Shown: positions 8,542 through 19,082 of the stretch, one piece after another
Position numbering within the stretch: position 1 is the stretch's first letter
Layout: each line of letters begins with the position of its first letter
Origin: a virus
Direction: 5' to 3' (one strand)
DNA: 64,000 nt
Virus record (IMG/VR): IMGVR_UViG_3300027741_000029
Coordinates: 1-64,000 of that record
Position numbers and translations under genes: made by a program
The notes under the pieces: generated by a model
Database searches by the model: none
What the model saw: only the letters and a program-made list of their open reading frames with translations
Told to the model about the DNA's origin: nothing

Positions 8542-8577
8542 AAAAACTCCTGCTAAATATCGTGCAGGAGTTTTTTT
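8542..8577 (+). terminator. hairpin/terminator with a late promoter box in its loop and the downstream SD in its 3' arm
   Basis: aaaaactcctgc-TAAATAtcgt-gcaggagttttt. Confidence 0.8.
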
Positions 8578-8578
8578 A

Positions 8579-10804
8579 ATGGTACAAGAAGTTATTAACT
8601 TAGGGGCTAGTCCAAACGATGGAACAGGTGACCCACTAAGAACAGCTTTACAAAAAACAAATAATAATTTCAGCCAACTTTTCGTAACTGTTGGTACCAG
8701 TAATTTAAGTATTCTTGGCAATTCTATTGTATCCAATACTACAAATGGCAATGTCAACATTGTGCCAAATGGTACTGGTAACGTTGTAATTGGTTCAAGC
8801 AATTATCTTTATGCTCCTAATACTAATTTTCCTAATTTAAGTGGAAATAATGCTACATTCAGTGGCGTAGTAACCGCAAGCCCTTATGGATTTGTAGGAA
8901 GTTTAACAGGAACCGCTAGCCAAGCAACTATTGCAGCAACTGCAACATATGCAACTACTGCTGGTCTTGCAATTAATGCACAAAATTTCAGCGGAAACAC
9001 ACTGCCAAATGTTTATAGTATTGGTAACCTTGTTAGTGCAAATATTGCAATCGCAAATATTAATACCCTTTATAGCAACTCTAACATCTATGCCACTGGC
9101 AATTTGAGCACAAGCGGATTTGTGACAGGAAATGGATATTACTTAAGTGGCTTAAGTGGTATTACTCCAAGTGCTTATGGCAATAGCAATGTTGCCGCAT
9201 ATCTTACTATCAATACAGGCAATGTCAATGCAAACTGGGTAATTGCAAATACAATTTCATCTGTAATTGGAACCAATGGTAACTTAAATCTTGATCCCGA
9301 TGGAACAGGTGATGTTGTTGCGCAAGCAAACTTATGGATTAATAGCGGTTATCTACGCACAACAAGTTCTACATTTTATCTTTCAAATGCAACACCAACA
9401 ACTGTTTATATGTTTGGTAATGCCAGCACTATCCTTATGGGTAATGCAAGTGCAACTAATACATTACCTGGTAATATTATTATTGGTAAAACAGCAAACG
9501 TTGGTGGAAATCTTAATGTAAGTGGCAATATAAATTCTCTTGGTAATTTAATAGCATCATATGATATTATTGTTGGACCGCCAGGCACAGTACCTACTGC
9601 TAACCTAACCGCACAGTTTGTTGATAACAGCAATTATTATACCCAAATTAACGTTCAAAACATTGGTAATGGCAGCAGCACAAGTGCTGATATTGTTGCA
9701 ACTGCAAACAATGGTAATGACAGTGCTTACTATGTTGACCTTGGTATCAATGCCAACAACTATAACAATAGCAGTTATACTATCACATATCCAAATGATG
9801 CTTATCTCTATGTTGCAAATGGCAATATTGCCCTTGGAACTGCATCAACTGGCAAAGCCATTGTTTTTCACACAGACGGAACTCTTTCTTCCAACGAAGC
9901 AGGTCGTATTACAAGCGGTCGTTGGGTTATCGGTGGCACAGATGATGGTAGCACAAAGTTCCAGATTACTGGCAATGCAAAAGTTACAAGTAACTTAACT
10001 GTTGCTAATTTAAGTGCAACTGCAAATGTTACAAGCACATATTACTTTGGCAATGGCAGCACATTAAGTGGTATGTATGGCAACACACAGGCAAGTTCTT
10101 ATATTGGAACTTACTTACCAAACTATACTGGCAACCTAACCGCTGGCAATCTTGTAGCAACTGGTAATGTTGGCGGCACATACTTTATTGGTAATGGCAG
10201 TTTGTTAACTGGACTTTACAGCAATGCTTCTACTGCTGCGTATCTTCCATCATATAGTGGCAATATTAATGCTGGCAATGTTAATACAACCGGCAATGTC
10301 AATGCAACATACTTTGTTGGTAGCTCACAATATCTAACTGGTCTATATAGTAATACTAGCGTGGCTAATTATTTACCAACTTATTATACCAATGCTAATA
10401 TCGCAGCAAATGGCGTAAGTAGCACAAGTTATGTATTAGGCTATATTTCTATCAATGGTTATACTTTTGCAAATCTTGCCAACAACGCAACCAAGAGCAT
10501 AACGTTATATGGTAACATATCTACACTTATTCTTGATAATACAGCCGGTGCAACAGTTTCTATTGCAAATATTTACCTACCAGCAAATGCCAATGTCAGT
10601 GATGGTACAAAGATTACCATTGGTAGCAATATTACTATCTCTACGCTAAACATTATTGCAAATGATAGTTCGGTAAGTGGAAACGTAACGACCATTAGTG
10701 CAAATACTCCTTATAGTTGGCATTATGTAAAATATGCTCCTTATAATGGCAATCCTATACCACAACCATTGCCAGGTGGACCACGTTGGATACGAGTAGG
10801 ATAA
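8579..10804 (+). CDS. tail fibre/baseplate-associated structural protein
   Basis: INLGASPNDGTGDPLRTALQKTNNNF N-terminus; Asn/Gly/Thr-rich repeats. Confidence 0.75.
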   Translation: MVQEVINLGASPNDGTGDPLRTALQKTNNNFSQLFVTVGTSNLSILGNSIVSNTTNGNVNIVPNGTGNVVIGSSNYLYAPNTNFPNLSGNNATFSGVVTASPYGFVGSLTGTASQATIAATATYATTAGLAINAQNFSGNTLPNVYSIGNLVSANIAIANINTLYSNSNIYATGNLSTSGFVTGNGYYLSGLSGITPSAYGNSNVAAYLTINTGNVNANWVIANTISSVIGTNGNLNLDPDGTGDVVAQANLWINSGYLRTTSSTFYLSNATPTTVYMFGNASTILMGNASATNTLPGNIIIGKTANVGGNLNVSGNINSLGNLIASYDIIVGPPGTVPTANLTAQFVDNSNYYTQINVQNIGNGSSTSADIVATANNGNDSAYYVDLGINANNYNNSSYTITYPNDAYLYVANGNIALGTASTGKAIVFHTDGTLSSNEAGRITSGRWVIGGTDDGSTKFQITGNAKVTSNLTVANLSATANVTSTYYFGNGSTLSGMYGNTQASSYIGTYLPNYTGNLTAGNLVATGNVGGTYFIGNGSLLTGLYSNASTAAYLPSYSGNINAGNVNTTGNVNATYFVGSSQYLTGLYSNTSVANYLPTYYTNANIAANGVSSTSYVLGYISINGYTFANLANNATKSITLYGNISTLILDNTAGATVSIANIYLPANANVSDGTKITIGSNITISTLNIIANDSSVSGNVTTISANTPYSWHYVKYAPYNGNPIPQPLPGGPRWIRVG
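10040..10390 (+). repeat. three degenerate coding repeats (YFxGNGSxLTGLYxN...YLPxYxGN), with a further copy near 9120
   Basis: visible in the translation of 8579-10804. Confidence 0.7.
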
Positions 10805-10836
10805 TCCACTAAATATCCTAGTGGAGCATATAATTT

Positions 10837-13800
10837 ATGTTGTCTTTTAATGGTCGTGCGACTAATACTCAACTTTTAAGAAATGTCAATGTTAGTAGCA
10901 CATGGACAATTACAGGTAACAGTATAAGTCTTGTTGCTGTTGGTTTTCCATATCATGGTTATGGCAACATTAACCAGACCAATATTCCTACACCACAATA
11001 TTATAATCGTAGTTGGATTTATCGTGCTGGCACAAATGTTGCAGCCACAACGCCTGTCACCAAGCCAGTTGGTACTATTGGATTTTGGTTAAATGGCGTT
11101 GCAATGTATGATCCAAGTGCTGGCAATGCTCAACCATTAGGTTATGCTAGACCTACAGGATTTCATTTTAACGCAAGTTATGCCGAAGAACAGTTACTTG
11201 GATATAATTTTCACGAAGATTTAGCTGGCGGCGTTGCTTTCAGTAATGGAGTATATCATTACAATAGTTTTAGTTTTGCTAATTCTTGGAGCACGGGGCT
11301 AGGTGGAACTCCATATAGTCAAACTATTCATGGTTTAGCAGATAATGATGTTATTCCATACCTTAATGGTGGACTTACACAGACCGATGGTCATAGTAAA
11401 ATATTAGGATTTGCATTGGATGGTTATCCAGTATATGGACCATATGGATATGTAAATCCAACCAACAGTGCTAGCGGCGTTAAACGCATGGCAAGTGGTT
11501 ATACATTAAAGAATAGTAGTTATAGAGTTGGTTCAACTGCAAGCAATACAACAACATATCCAATGGGTATATTTGTAGAAGATTATCAGTTTACAAATGC
11601 TGGTGATTTAGATACACACAATGGGCGATATTGTGTTACTCCTGATTATCCAAGTGGCACTTATGCTTATTTTACAACAACAGATAACAGCGGAACTCCA
11701 ACTTTTCCATATGTTATTGGAAATACATATTATGGCAATGTTGATTTATTAACAGTTGAAGAAGCAGCCTTGAGTGGCTATCCTCAATGGATAACTCCTG
11801 CTGGAAACTTAGGCAAGATTGAAGCCTTACAATTCTTTGAACTTGGACTACAAGCAATTGATCCAACTGGTGACCCATTTGGACAAGATATTAATTATAG
11901 TCTTATTGCTGGTAAATTACCTGCTGGTATGCAGATTGACAGCAGCGGACAAGTAACAGGAAATCCCAAAGATACTTACAGCATCGATGGTGTTCCAGAA
12001 GCAGTAACCCAAGATCGTACAAGCACGTTTACAATTCGTGCCATTAGTCAAAGTGGTAAGATTACAGATCGTAGTTTTAGTTTAACAGTAACAGGTAACT
12101 ATCCACCTATATTCTTAACAAGCAATTATACACCGCTTGGTGAATTTTTGGATGGAACTCTTATATCTATACAGTTAAGTTCTATTGATTTGAACAATGA
12201 TACATTGACATACAGCCTGTTAGGTGGCGAGTTGCCGCAAGGAACAAGTTTAAGTAGCAGTGGATTAATAAGTGGACCATTGGTTCCAGTATATGAAAAC
12301 TTAGGTAAAATAACATATAATTTTACTGTTCAAGTTAGCGATGGAAAAAGTGTAGATATTCGCAGTTATTCCATAATTGTTTACAATCATAGTGATATTA
12401 CTGCTGATAACACTGCACTCACTGATGACAATAACATCTTTAGTGCGGATGCTTCAAATGTACGATTGCCAATACTTTTAACAGAAAATCTTGGTGATTA
12501 TAGCACATTTGTAAGCGGAAACTTCTTTGCATTTAAGTTTGATGGCATCGACTATGATAATGTTGGTGTTGGCTATTCAGTAGTTGGAACTCAGGGAACT
12601 GGTTGGGATGCTGTGCCATGGGATACTGCACCGTGGAACCAAAGTACTTTTGCACTTCCAGTTGGATTAACACTTGATGCACAAACAGGATGGATGACTG
12701 GCTTTGTTCCTGCACAATCTATCATTTCACAAACATTTAACTTTGCTGTCCAAGTCTATAGTTTAGCTGACCAAACAGTGGTAAGCCCATATAGAGTGTT
12801 CACGCTGACTATTCTTAGTGCTCTTGAATTAGGTGTTACATGGAGTACTAATAGTGATTTGGGAAGTATAGAAGCAGGAACAGTAAGCCAATTATCTGTA
12901 AATGCAGCAGCAAAAAGCGGAAATAGTCTTTATTATACGTTAAAAAGTGGCAGTAGAATACCACAAGGATTAACCTTACTCAGTGATGGTTCACTTAGTG
13001 GACGTGTAAGTTTTCAAGAATTTGGCTTGGATAAAGGCACAACAACATTTGATGTTACTAATGTTGCAAATGGATTGTATGCCAATCCAACAACCATTGA
13101 TAGAACTTATACTTTCACCGCCGTTGCACAAGGAACTGGGTTTAGTTTATCTGCTACACTCACCGCTGGTTCATCTACAATAACGGTTGATACCAATATA
13201 GGTTTAACAGTTGGTCAAACTATAACTGGACAGGGAATTCCATATAATACAACTATTGCAAGTATAACAAATCTTAATGTCAATCTGAATATTCCAATTG
13301 GCACCTCTATAAGTTATACAGGAAAATCAACCTTAACAGTTAATAGCCAAATTGGTGGTGAAAAAACTTTTGTATTAAAAGTTAATACAGTAACTTATAG
13401 TTCATATGACAATCTTTACGTTGGGTGTACTCCAAGTATTGCTAAGCGAAATATACTCAATACTATATTAGGCAACACAGATTATTTCAAAGCAGAAGAC
13501 ATTTATCGTCCAAATGATCCATACTGGGGCATACAAAAAGATTTGAAAGTGTTGGTTGGATATGGATTAACTCCAACCCAAATAAGCACATATATAACTG
13601 CTATGCAAATTCGTCACTTTAATAAGAAATTTTATTTTGGTGACTATCATTATGCCACTGCAAAAGATGCTAGCGGCAATGAACTTTATGATGTGATTTA
13701 TGTTGACCTAATAGAAGATACTAAAACATATAGTATAGTTAATAATGCCGTAGTAAAGAATATACCAAATGCAAGTTTTGTTTCAAAAAATGGATTAACT

Positions 13801-14721
13801 CTTTATCCAAATGATTTAGACTTAATGATCGATGATTTAATTATTGCCGTAGGACAAACTAATACAAATACACTACCACAATGGGAAACTAGCATTCAAA
13901 ACGATGGCAGAACTCTAGGATTTCAAACAGCAGCAGTTCTTGCTTATGTAAAAGCAGGCACAGGTGAACGTGTGCTGTTCACATTAAAAAATAGTGTACC
14001 AAGTGATATAAAACTTATACCATTTACTGTGGATAGATATATTCTAGACAATAACTTAGATGCTAATTTTAATTTAGCAACTGGTTCATGGGTTACAAAA
14101 GCATATACTACATTTGACACAGGTTATGTTCTAAGTATTGCACCAAGCGCAACAGTTGATTATGCTATAGATATACCATTTGATCATGTTGATGGTGCTA
14201 CGGTTGCCCAAATAAATGCAATTGGTGGGTTAGATGGTGATAATAGCGGCGATTGGAATAATAAACTATTGGTGTTTAGTACCCAAGAAAACTATGATCC
14301 TGTTAAATTTCCACTTCTATACAATCAAGGTTGGAATCAGAATGGTGCCGTTATACCTGGATATGCCGAAGTTCAAAATGGCAGTGCAACAGTTAATAAA
14401 CGAGCAGGCGTATGGCTAATCACTGTTCAAAACCAAACAGTTACGCTAACCTTTCAACAAGAAATTATCATTAACCAAGTTGTTCTTGTACGTTTTGGTG
14501 CAAAAGCTGGCGAAACTCTTCAATATACAGCAGCACATGTTGGCATATCAAACCAAACTGTGCCAAAGTATGAATATGTAAATGTAAGCACTATCCAACT
14601 TAAATCACCAACTACATTTGATGCACACAATACACAGTTTATTAATGGCGAAGATCAATACTTAATGCCATTTGATAATGATGGTTATTTAAAATACCCA
14701 CATGTAAATATATTGCAATAA
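10837..14721 (+). CDS. large virion structural protein with YHYH domain and Ig-like (He_PIG-type) repeats
   Basis: GVYHY, HSKILGFALDGYPVYGPYG, GRYCVTPDYPSGTYAYF; GKLPAGMQIDSSG-type repeats. Confidence 0.75.
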   Translation: MLSFNGRATNTQLLRNVNVSSTWTITGNSISLVAVGFPYHGYGNINQTNIPTPQYYNRSWIYRAGTNVAATTPVTKPVGTIGFWLNGVAMYDPSAGNAQPLGYARPTGFHFNASYAEEQLLGYNFHEDLAGGVAFSNGVYHYNSFSFANSWSTGLGGTPYSQTIHGLADNDVIPYLNGGLTQTDGHSKILGFALDGYPVYGPYGYVNPTNSASGVKRMASGYTLKNSSYRVGSTASNTTTYPMGIFVEDYQFTNAGDLDTHNGRYCVTPDYPSGTYAYFTTTDNSGTPTFPYVIGNTYYGNVDLLTVEEAALSGYPQWITPAGNLGKIEALQFFELGLQAIDPTGDPFGQDINYSLIAGKLPAGMQIDSSGQVTGNPKDTYSIDGVPEAVTQDRTSTFTIRAISQSGKITDRSFSLTVTGNYPPIFLTSNYTPLGEFLDGTLISIQLSSIDLNNDTLTYSLLGGELPQGTSLSSSGLISGPLVPVYENLGKITYNFTVQVSDGKSVDIRSYSIIVYNHSDITADNTALTDDNNIFSADASNVRLPILLTENLGDYSTFVSGNFFAFKFDGIDYDNVGVGYSVVGTQGTGWDAVPWDTAPWNQSTFALPVGLTLDAQTGWMTGFVPAQSIISQTFNFAVQVYSLADQTVVSPYRVFTLTILSALELGVTWSTNSDLGSIEAGTVSQLSVNAAAKSGNSLYYTLKSGSRIPQGLTLLSDGSLSGRVSFQEFGLDKGTTTFDVTNVANGLYANPTTIDRTYTFTAVAQGTGFSLSATLTAGSSTITVDTNIGLTVGQTITGQGIPYNTTIASITNLNVNLNIPIGTSISYTGKSTLTVNSQIGGEKTFVLKVNTVTYSSYDNLYVGCTPSIAKRNILNTILGNTDYFKAEDIYRPNDPYWGIQKDLKVLVGYGLTPTQISTYITAMQIRHFNKKFYFGDYHYATAKDASGNELYDVIYVDLIEDTKTYSIVNNAVVKNIPNASFVSKNGLTLYPNDLDLMIDDLIIAVGQTNTNTLPQWETSIQNDGRTLGFQTAAVLAYVKAGTGERVLFTLKNSVPSDIKLIPFTVDRYILDNNLDANFNLATGSWVTKAYTTFDTGYVLSIAPSATVDYAIDIPFDHVDGATVAQINAIGGLDGDNSGDWNNKLLVFSTQENYDPVKFPLLYNQGWNQNGAVIPGYAEVQNGSATVNKRAGVWLITVQNQTVTLTFQQEIIINQVVLVRFGAKAGETLQYTAAHVGISNQTVPKYEYVNVSTIQLKSPTTFDAHNTQFINGEDQYLMPFDNDGYLKYPHVNILQ

Positions 14722-14730
14722 GTATTTTTT

Positions 14731-15852
14731 ATGATATTGATTTATAGTGATCATCATGTAGTTGATTTTTGGATTGCATCATTAAAATTTTGGCAAGATT
14801 ACAAGATATGTCACGATTTAAATGAATTTATTTTGTCTAATGTAAAAGTTAAATTATCATTCACAAAAGGCAGAACATTTGATTATGATAATCCAATGAT
14901 TCATGACAATCAACTTTTTGCAGATTATATTATCAAATTATCAGAATGCAGCAATTTTGTTTTTTCATTTGATACAGAAATTCATGATTTTCATTGGGAA
15001 ATATGGGATAACTGCCATAGAGATAATATTTTTTGGATAACCAGTGGTTTTGTAAATGATAAATTGATTGGCAAAAATGTTATAAATTGGTTATTCTTCT
15101 TTGACACAATTAACAGAAATTATAATAGAAATTATAATGGAAAATTGCAACATAAATTGCAAAATCTACAATCACACTTTCCAAAAAATAAAATATATGA
15201 TGCTTTATTAGGCAGAAATAGATTACACCGTACATTTGTATATGATTCATTGAAGAATTTAAATTTATTCGACAATAGCATAGTATCATATCAAACATCA
15301 GATGACGTTGTTGGATATGTAGATTTTTGGAAAAATTTTAAATGGGAAGCAGAAACAATTAACCCATATATTACTAATCCAGGCGGAACAGAGCAATACT
15401 ACAATTACAATGGGTTGTCCATGCCGCTAAGCCAAATTTTGCCTATAGAAATTTATAATGAATCAGCGTACAGTATAATAGCAGAAACTGGATTTTCTAA
15501 CCGATATAGTTTAATTACAGAAAAAACAGCAAAGCCATTATTGGCAAAAAGAATCTTTATTACATTTAGTGGGTATAAGTTTTTAGAAAATTTAAAATTG
15601 TTAGGGTTTAAAACATTTGATGGAATTATCGATGAAAGTTATGATCTCGTAACCGACAATGAACAAAGATGGACAATGGCAATGCAACAAGCAAAAATAC
15701 TTTCTCAATTGGATCAAGAAACTACATATAGCAAAGCCAAAGATATTCTTGAACACAATTATAATAATTTTATGTGCACCGATTGGACAGGTTACGCCAT
15801 AACACAAATACAATCAAAGATTGATTTTTTAGCAGATAAATATCTGACATAA
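14731..15852 (+). CDS. AT-rich glycosyltransferase/exostosin-like protein
   Basis: SIIAET...ITEKTAKPL...GFKTFDGIIDESYD. Confidence 0.45.
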   Translation: MILIYSDHHVVDFWIASLKFWQDYKICHDLNEFILSNVKVKLSFTKGRTFDYDNPMIHDNQLFADYIIKLSECSNFVFSFDTEIHDFHWEIWDNCHRDNIFWITSGFVNDKLIGKNVINWLFFFDTINRNYNRNYNGKLQHKLQNLQSHFPKNKIYDALLGRNRLHRTFVYDSLKNLNLFDNSIVSYQTSDDVVGYVDFWKNFKWEAETINPYITNPGGTEQYYNYNGLSMPLSQILPIEIYNESAYSIIAETGFSNRYSLITEKTAKPLLAKRIFITFSGYKFLENLKLLGFKTFDGIIDESYDLVTDNEQRWTMAMQQAKILSQLDQETTYSKAKDILEHNYNNFMCTDWTGYAITQIQSKIDFLADKYLT

Positions 15853-15878
15853 ATATAATAAGCAATGGAAACAGTTAA

Positions 15879-16787
15879 ATGAGCAATATTAATCCTAACA
15901 ACATCAATGGTGCATATCCAGTAGCAGGCGTTGATAACGACAGTCAGGGATTTCGTGACAACTTTACGAATATCAAGAATAACTTTGCTTTCGCACAAAC
16001 TGAAGTAAATGACCTGCAAAGCAAAGTCATCGTAAAGAGTGCGCTAACTGGAACAACCTTAAACAATAATATGGCTGGTACTCTACTCAGCAGTGCACAG
16101 ATTCAAGATTTCCGTGAAACAGAATATGACAACGGCATTATTTCTACCAACGTTACTCTTGATCACAGCCGTGCACACTATCATAAAGTGCAGACAAACG
16201 GAACTATCTCTATTGCTTTCTCTAACTTTCCTGCAGCAGGAACAGTTGGTCGTATTCGTTTAAAACTTTATGTTACTAGCACTAGCCATCGCATGATTCT
16301 TCCAAGTGCAGTTAGTCAAGGTACACAATATCTACAAGACTATAATGCAAACAATAATAGTGTTGGGTTTAGTCAAAGTGGAACAGGTTATTATTGGTAT
16401 GAATTTATCAGCGATGACGCTGGCGCTACTGTAACTGTATTCCCACTTTCACGTCCTCGCAACAATACTGATTATTATTATGCAAACATAAGCAATGGTG
16501 TAAGCAATGTAAACACAACCAATGTCACAGTTATTAGCAAACTAGTGCTTGATAGTACAAATGGTTTGCAATTGGCAAATGTTAATCTTGCATTTCCTGC
16601 ATATCCTGTTGATGGGCAGTTCCTAACAATTAGTTCTAATGTTGCTGTTAGCAATCTATTCTTGACCAGTGCCAATACTATTCTTGGAAATACTACTTCA
16701 TTAAGCGTTAACACTCATCTTGGATATACTTTTATTGGTTCACCAAAGAATCCAACAATTAATAAGTGGTTCCGCACACAAGTTTAA
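15879..16787 (+). CDS. structural protein (tail/baseplate-like)
   Basis: YPVAGVDNDSQGFRDNF N-terminus; late box at 15850. Confidence 0.7.
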   Translation: MSNINPNNINGAYPVAGVDNDSQGFRDNFTNIKNNFAFAQTEVNDLQSKVIVKSALTGTTLNNNMAGTLLSSAQIQDFRETEYDNGIISTNVTLDHSRAHYHKVQTNGTISIAFSNFPAAGTVGRIRLKLYVTSTSHRMILPSAVSQGTQYLQDYNANNNSVGFSQSGTGYYWYEFISDDAGATVTVFPLSRPRNNTDYYYANISNGVSNVNTTNVTVISKLVLDSTNGLQLANVNLAFPAYPVDGQFLTISSNVAVSNLFLTSANTILGNTTSLSVNTHLGYTFIGSPKNPTINKWFRTQV

Positions 16788-16789
16788 TA

Positions 16790-16818
16790 TTGACTAACCC
16801 CGCATCTAACGTTATATT
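16790..16818 (+). promoter_or_regulatory. sigma70-type promoter
   Basis: TTGACT-N17-TATATT. Confidence 0.7.
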
Positions 16819-16834
16819 AGTGTAGGAGTAAATC

Positions 16835-17251
16835 ATGACAGACCTTAAACTGTATCAAGACTTTGTATTAGAAGTTACAAGTGCTGAAAGCAAGTATGAA
16901 TATGCTTTTGAGAAACGTTTTGACCAATTGAGTCAATATCAAGAAGATCGCACCAAGATTAAACCATCCCTATTATTGACTGCTGGCATGGGATTAAGTG
17001 CGGAAAGTGGTGAATTTAATGAAATCATCAAGAAGATGTTTTTCCAAGGCAAGCCGCTTAATGAAGAAAACGTGTTCCATATGAAGCGTGAACTTGGCGA
17101 TATCATGTGGTATTGGATGAATGCATGTACCGCACTTGGGTTAGACCCAAACGATGTAATTAATGAAAATGTTAAAAAGTTAGAATCACGTTATCCAGGC
17201 GGAAAGTTTGATGCTTGGCATAGTGAAAACCGTAAACAGGGCGATCTCTAA
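16835..17251 (+). CDS. mazG: MazG-like NTP pyrophosphohydrolase
   Basis: GLSAESGEFNEIIKK...KRELGDIMWY...NVKKLESRYP. Confidence 0.9.
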   Translation: MTDLKLYQDFVLEVTSAESKYEYAFEKRFDQLSQYQEDRTKIKPSLLLTAGMGLSAESGEFNEIIKKMFFQGKPLNEENVFHMKRELGDIMWYWMNACTALGLDPNDVINENVKKLESRYPGGKFDAWHSENRKQGDL

Positions 17252-17484
17252 TGCATCCACTTATGGGTGATTTAAGTGACAAAACACTTGATGAATTGCT
17301 TCAAACCGTAAATGGTTTACATAAGAAGATGGCATGGCTTGCTAAGATGGGCAATAGCGTTATGATTCAACAGGTGCGTACCGTCGTTGACTCCTATCAA
17401 GAAGAAATTAACAAGCGGTATCGTGAAGAAAGTGATGCTGCTAAAAAGAACCCAATTTTCAAGGATAGTCTGGATATCGGATGA
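17251..17484 (+). CDS. hypothetical protein
   Basis: coupled ORF. Confidence 0.75.
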   Translation: MHPLMGDLSDKTLDELLQTVNGLHKKMAWLAKMGNSVMIQQVRTVVDSYQEEINKRYREESDAAKKNPIFKDSLDIG

Positions 17485-18137
17485 GTGACATTAGTTGGAC
17501 AGCAGAGTTTACCGCTATAAATTGCTATCAGGATTTACTTGAACCATGCAGCTATACTATTAGTATAGATTTTGATGACCAATCTCAAGAAGAACAAGAC
17601 CCATTTACTGCATTTGGTCGTATTCGCTATCTAATAAAAGAATTGTATCAGGATGCAATTTTTGTTTATATTGGCAATTCACTACTTCCCATACTACATA
17701 AGAAATTTAGTTCTCGTATTGTTACAATGCCATACGCACCAAGCAATTTTGCTATTGGGTTGGTTACTTGGTATAAAATTTTAAGTATCACACAAGGGCG
17801 TGTAACCATGGAACATATTGGTGTAAGTTGCGATAAAAGTGACGATCTTACGCTGCATGTGGATGAAGAGATTGCAACTAGTGACGAAGTAATGGCTGAT
17901 ATGGCTTTTAAAAATTGGGAAAAACCTGCATGGTGGTTTAGACCAACGCCAACTACATGGGATATTCCAATCCCTAAGAAAAAAGATATTGAAGTTGTAT
18001 ATGATGAAAATGAATGGTCAGAAGTATTGCAATGGGAGCAAAAACCTGTTACAATACCCAAGAAGAAAAAGTCAGAAAGCAACATTGTTCCGCTAAAGAA
18101 ATGGAAGCCAGAGGTTATCAAAGGTGACAAATCTTGA
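17481..18137 (+). CDS. hypothetical protein
   Basis: coupled ORF. Confidence 0.75.
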   Translation: MSDISWTAEFTAINCYQDLLEPCSYTISIDFDDQSQEEQDPFTAFGRIRYLIKELYQDAIFVYIGNSLLPILHKKFSSRIVTMPYAPSNFAIGLVTWYKILSITQGRVTMEHIGVSCDKSDDLTLHVDEEIATSDEVMADMAFKNWEKPAWWFRPTPTTWDIPIPKKKDIEVVYDENEWSEVLQWEQKPVTIPKKKKSESNIVPLKKWKPEVIKGDKS

Positions 18138-18639
18138 CGAGTATGGTCGCAGCATAATCAGTGATGGTGAGTTAGCAGATTTGCTATATGTAAATCCGCA
18201 ACTACCTATTGATGACATTGCTGTTATTGATCCAGAAAAGTATAATTCCGCAATTAAAAGTTTGTATTGGGATTATAAACCACTACAGAAACTAACAACA
18301 CTAAATGGCACGATAGCAGAATATCATCACCAAAATCAACAGGTGTGGTGGATGCCACAAGAGTATGTGGATATGGATATCGCCAAATGGGTATTAGAAC
18401 AGTGTGCGGATCAAAATGAATTGCAACGTGCTGGCAGTGAACTAATAGAGTATGCAGATCGTGGATTGTTACCGCTACTACAATACCTAAAATATCTTGT
18501 TGACACGATGCGTAAACATAGTGTAGTATGGGGAGTAGGTCGTGGATCAAGTGTGGCAAGTTTTGTGTTATACTTGATTGGGGTACATCGCATACACAGT
18601 TTACGAAATAATTTAGACTTCAATGAATTTATGCGTTAA
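18124..18639 (+). CDS. truncated DNA polymerase III alpha (DnaE)-like fragment
   Basis: WGVGRGSSVASFVLYLIGVHRI...FNEFMR; stops before the PDIDxD motif. Confidence 0.75.
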   Translation: MTNLDEYGRSIISDGELADLLYVNPQLPIDDIAVIDPEKYNSAIKSLYWDYKPLQKLTTLNGTIAEYHHQNQQVWWMPQEYVDMDIAKWVLEQCADQNELQRAGSELIEYADRGLLPLLQYLKYLVDTMRKHSVVWGVGRGSSVASFVLYLIGVHRIHSLRNNLDFNEFMR

Positions 18640-18659
18640 ATATATAAAAGGAATAAAGA

Positions 18660-19082
18660 ATGAGTATTCATAGAACCGCAACTGGCAAATTTCTTGATAT
18701 TAATGCATTGAGAATACAGCAAGAACGTACAATTGCCGTTGGCAATGCCAGACAAAATGCACGTGGAGATTTGCTTGGACCTGGTGGACAAATTGTAAAA
18801 ACAAGAGATCAAATCATGACAGAAATGTATAAATCTCAACAAGGTCAACAATTAACAGATAATCCAGTTTATACAAATAGTGATGAAGCAAGTGCAGCCG
18901 CTGTTGCTGATATATTTGCTGATCCAATTTCCAATGGGTTTGATCAAATTGAGCAAGCACAAGAAAATCCTCAACAAGCAACGCCAGCTACTCCAAGCCC
19001 ATCAAGTGGCGGATATGCAGATGCACTTGCTCGTAGTCAAGAATTAGCAGAAAAATTGAGAAATCAGAGAAACAGAATATGA
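18660..19082 (+). CDS. hypothetical protein (late)
   Basis: TAAATA at 18637 and SD. Confidence 0.75.
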   Translation: MSIHRTATGKFLDINALRIQQERTIAVGNARQNARGDLLGPGGQIVKTRDQIMTEMYKSQQGQQLTDNPVYTNSDEASAAAVADIFADPISNGFDQIEQAQENPQQATPATPSPSSGGYADALARSQELAEKLRNQRNRI

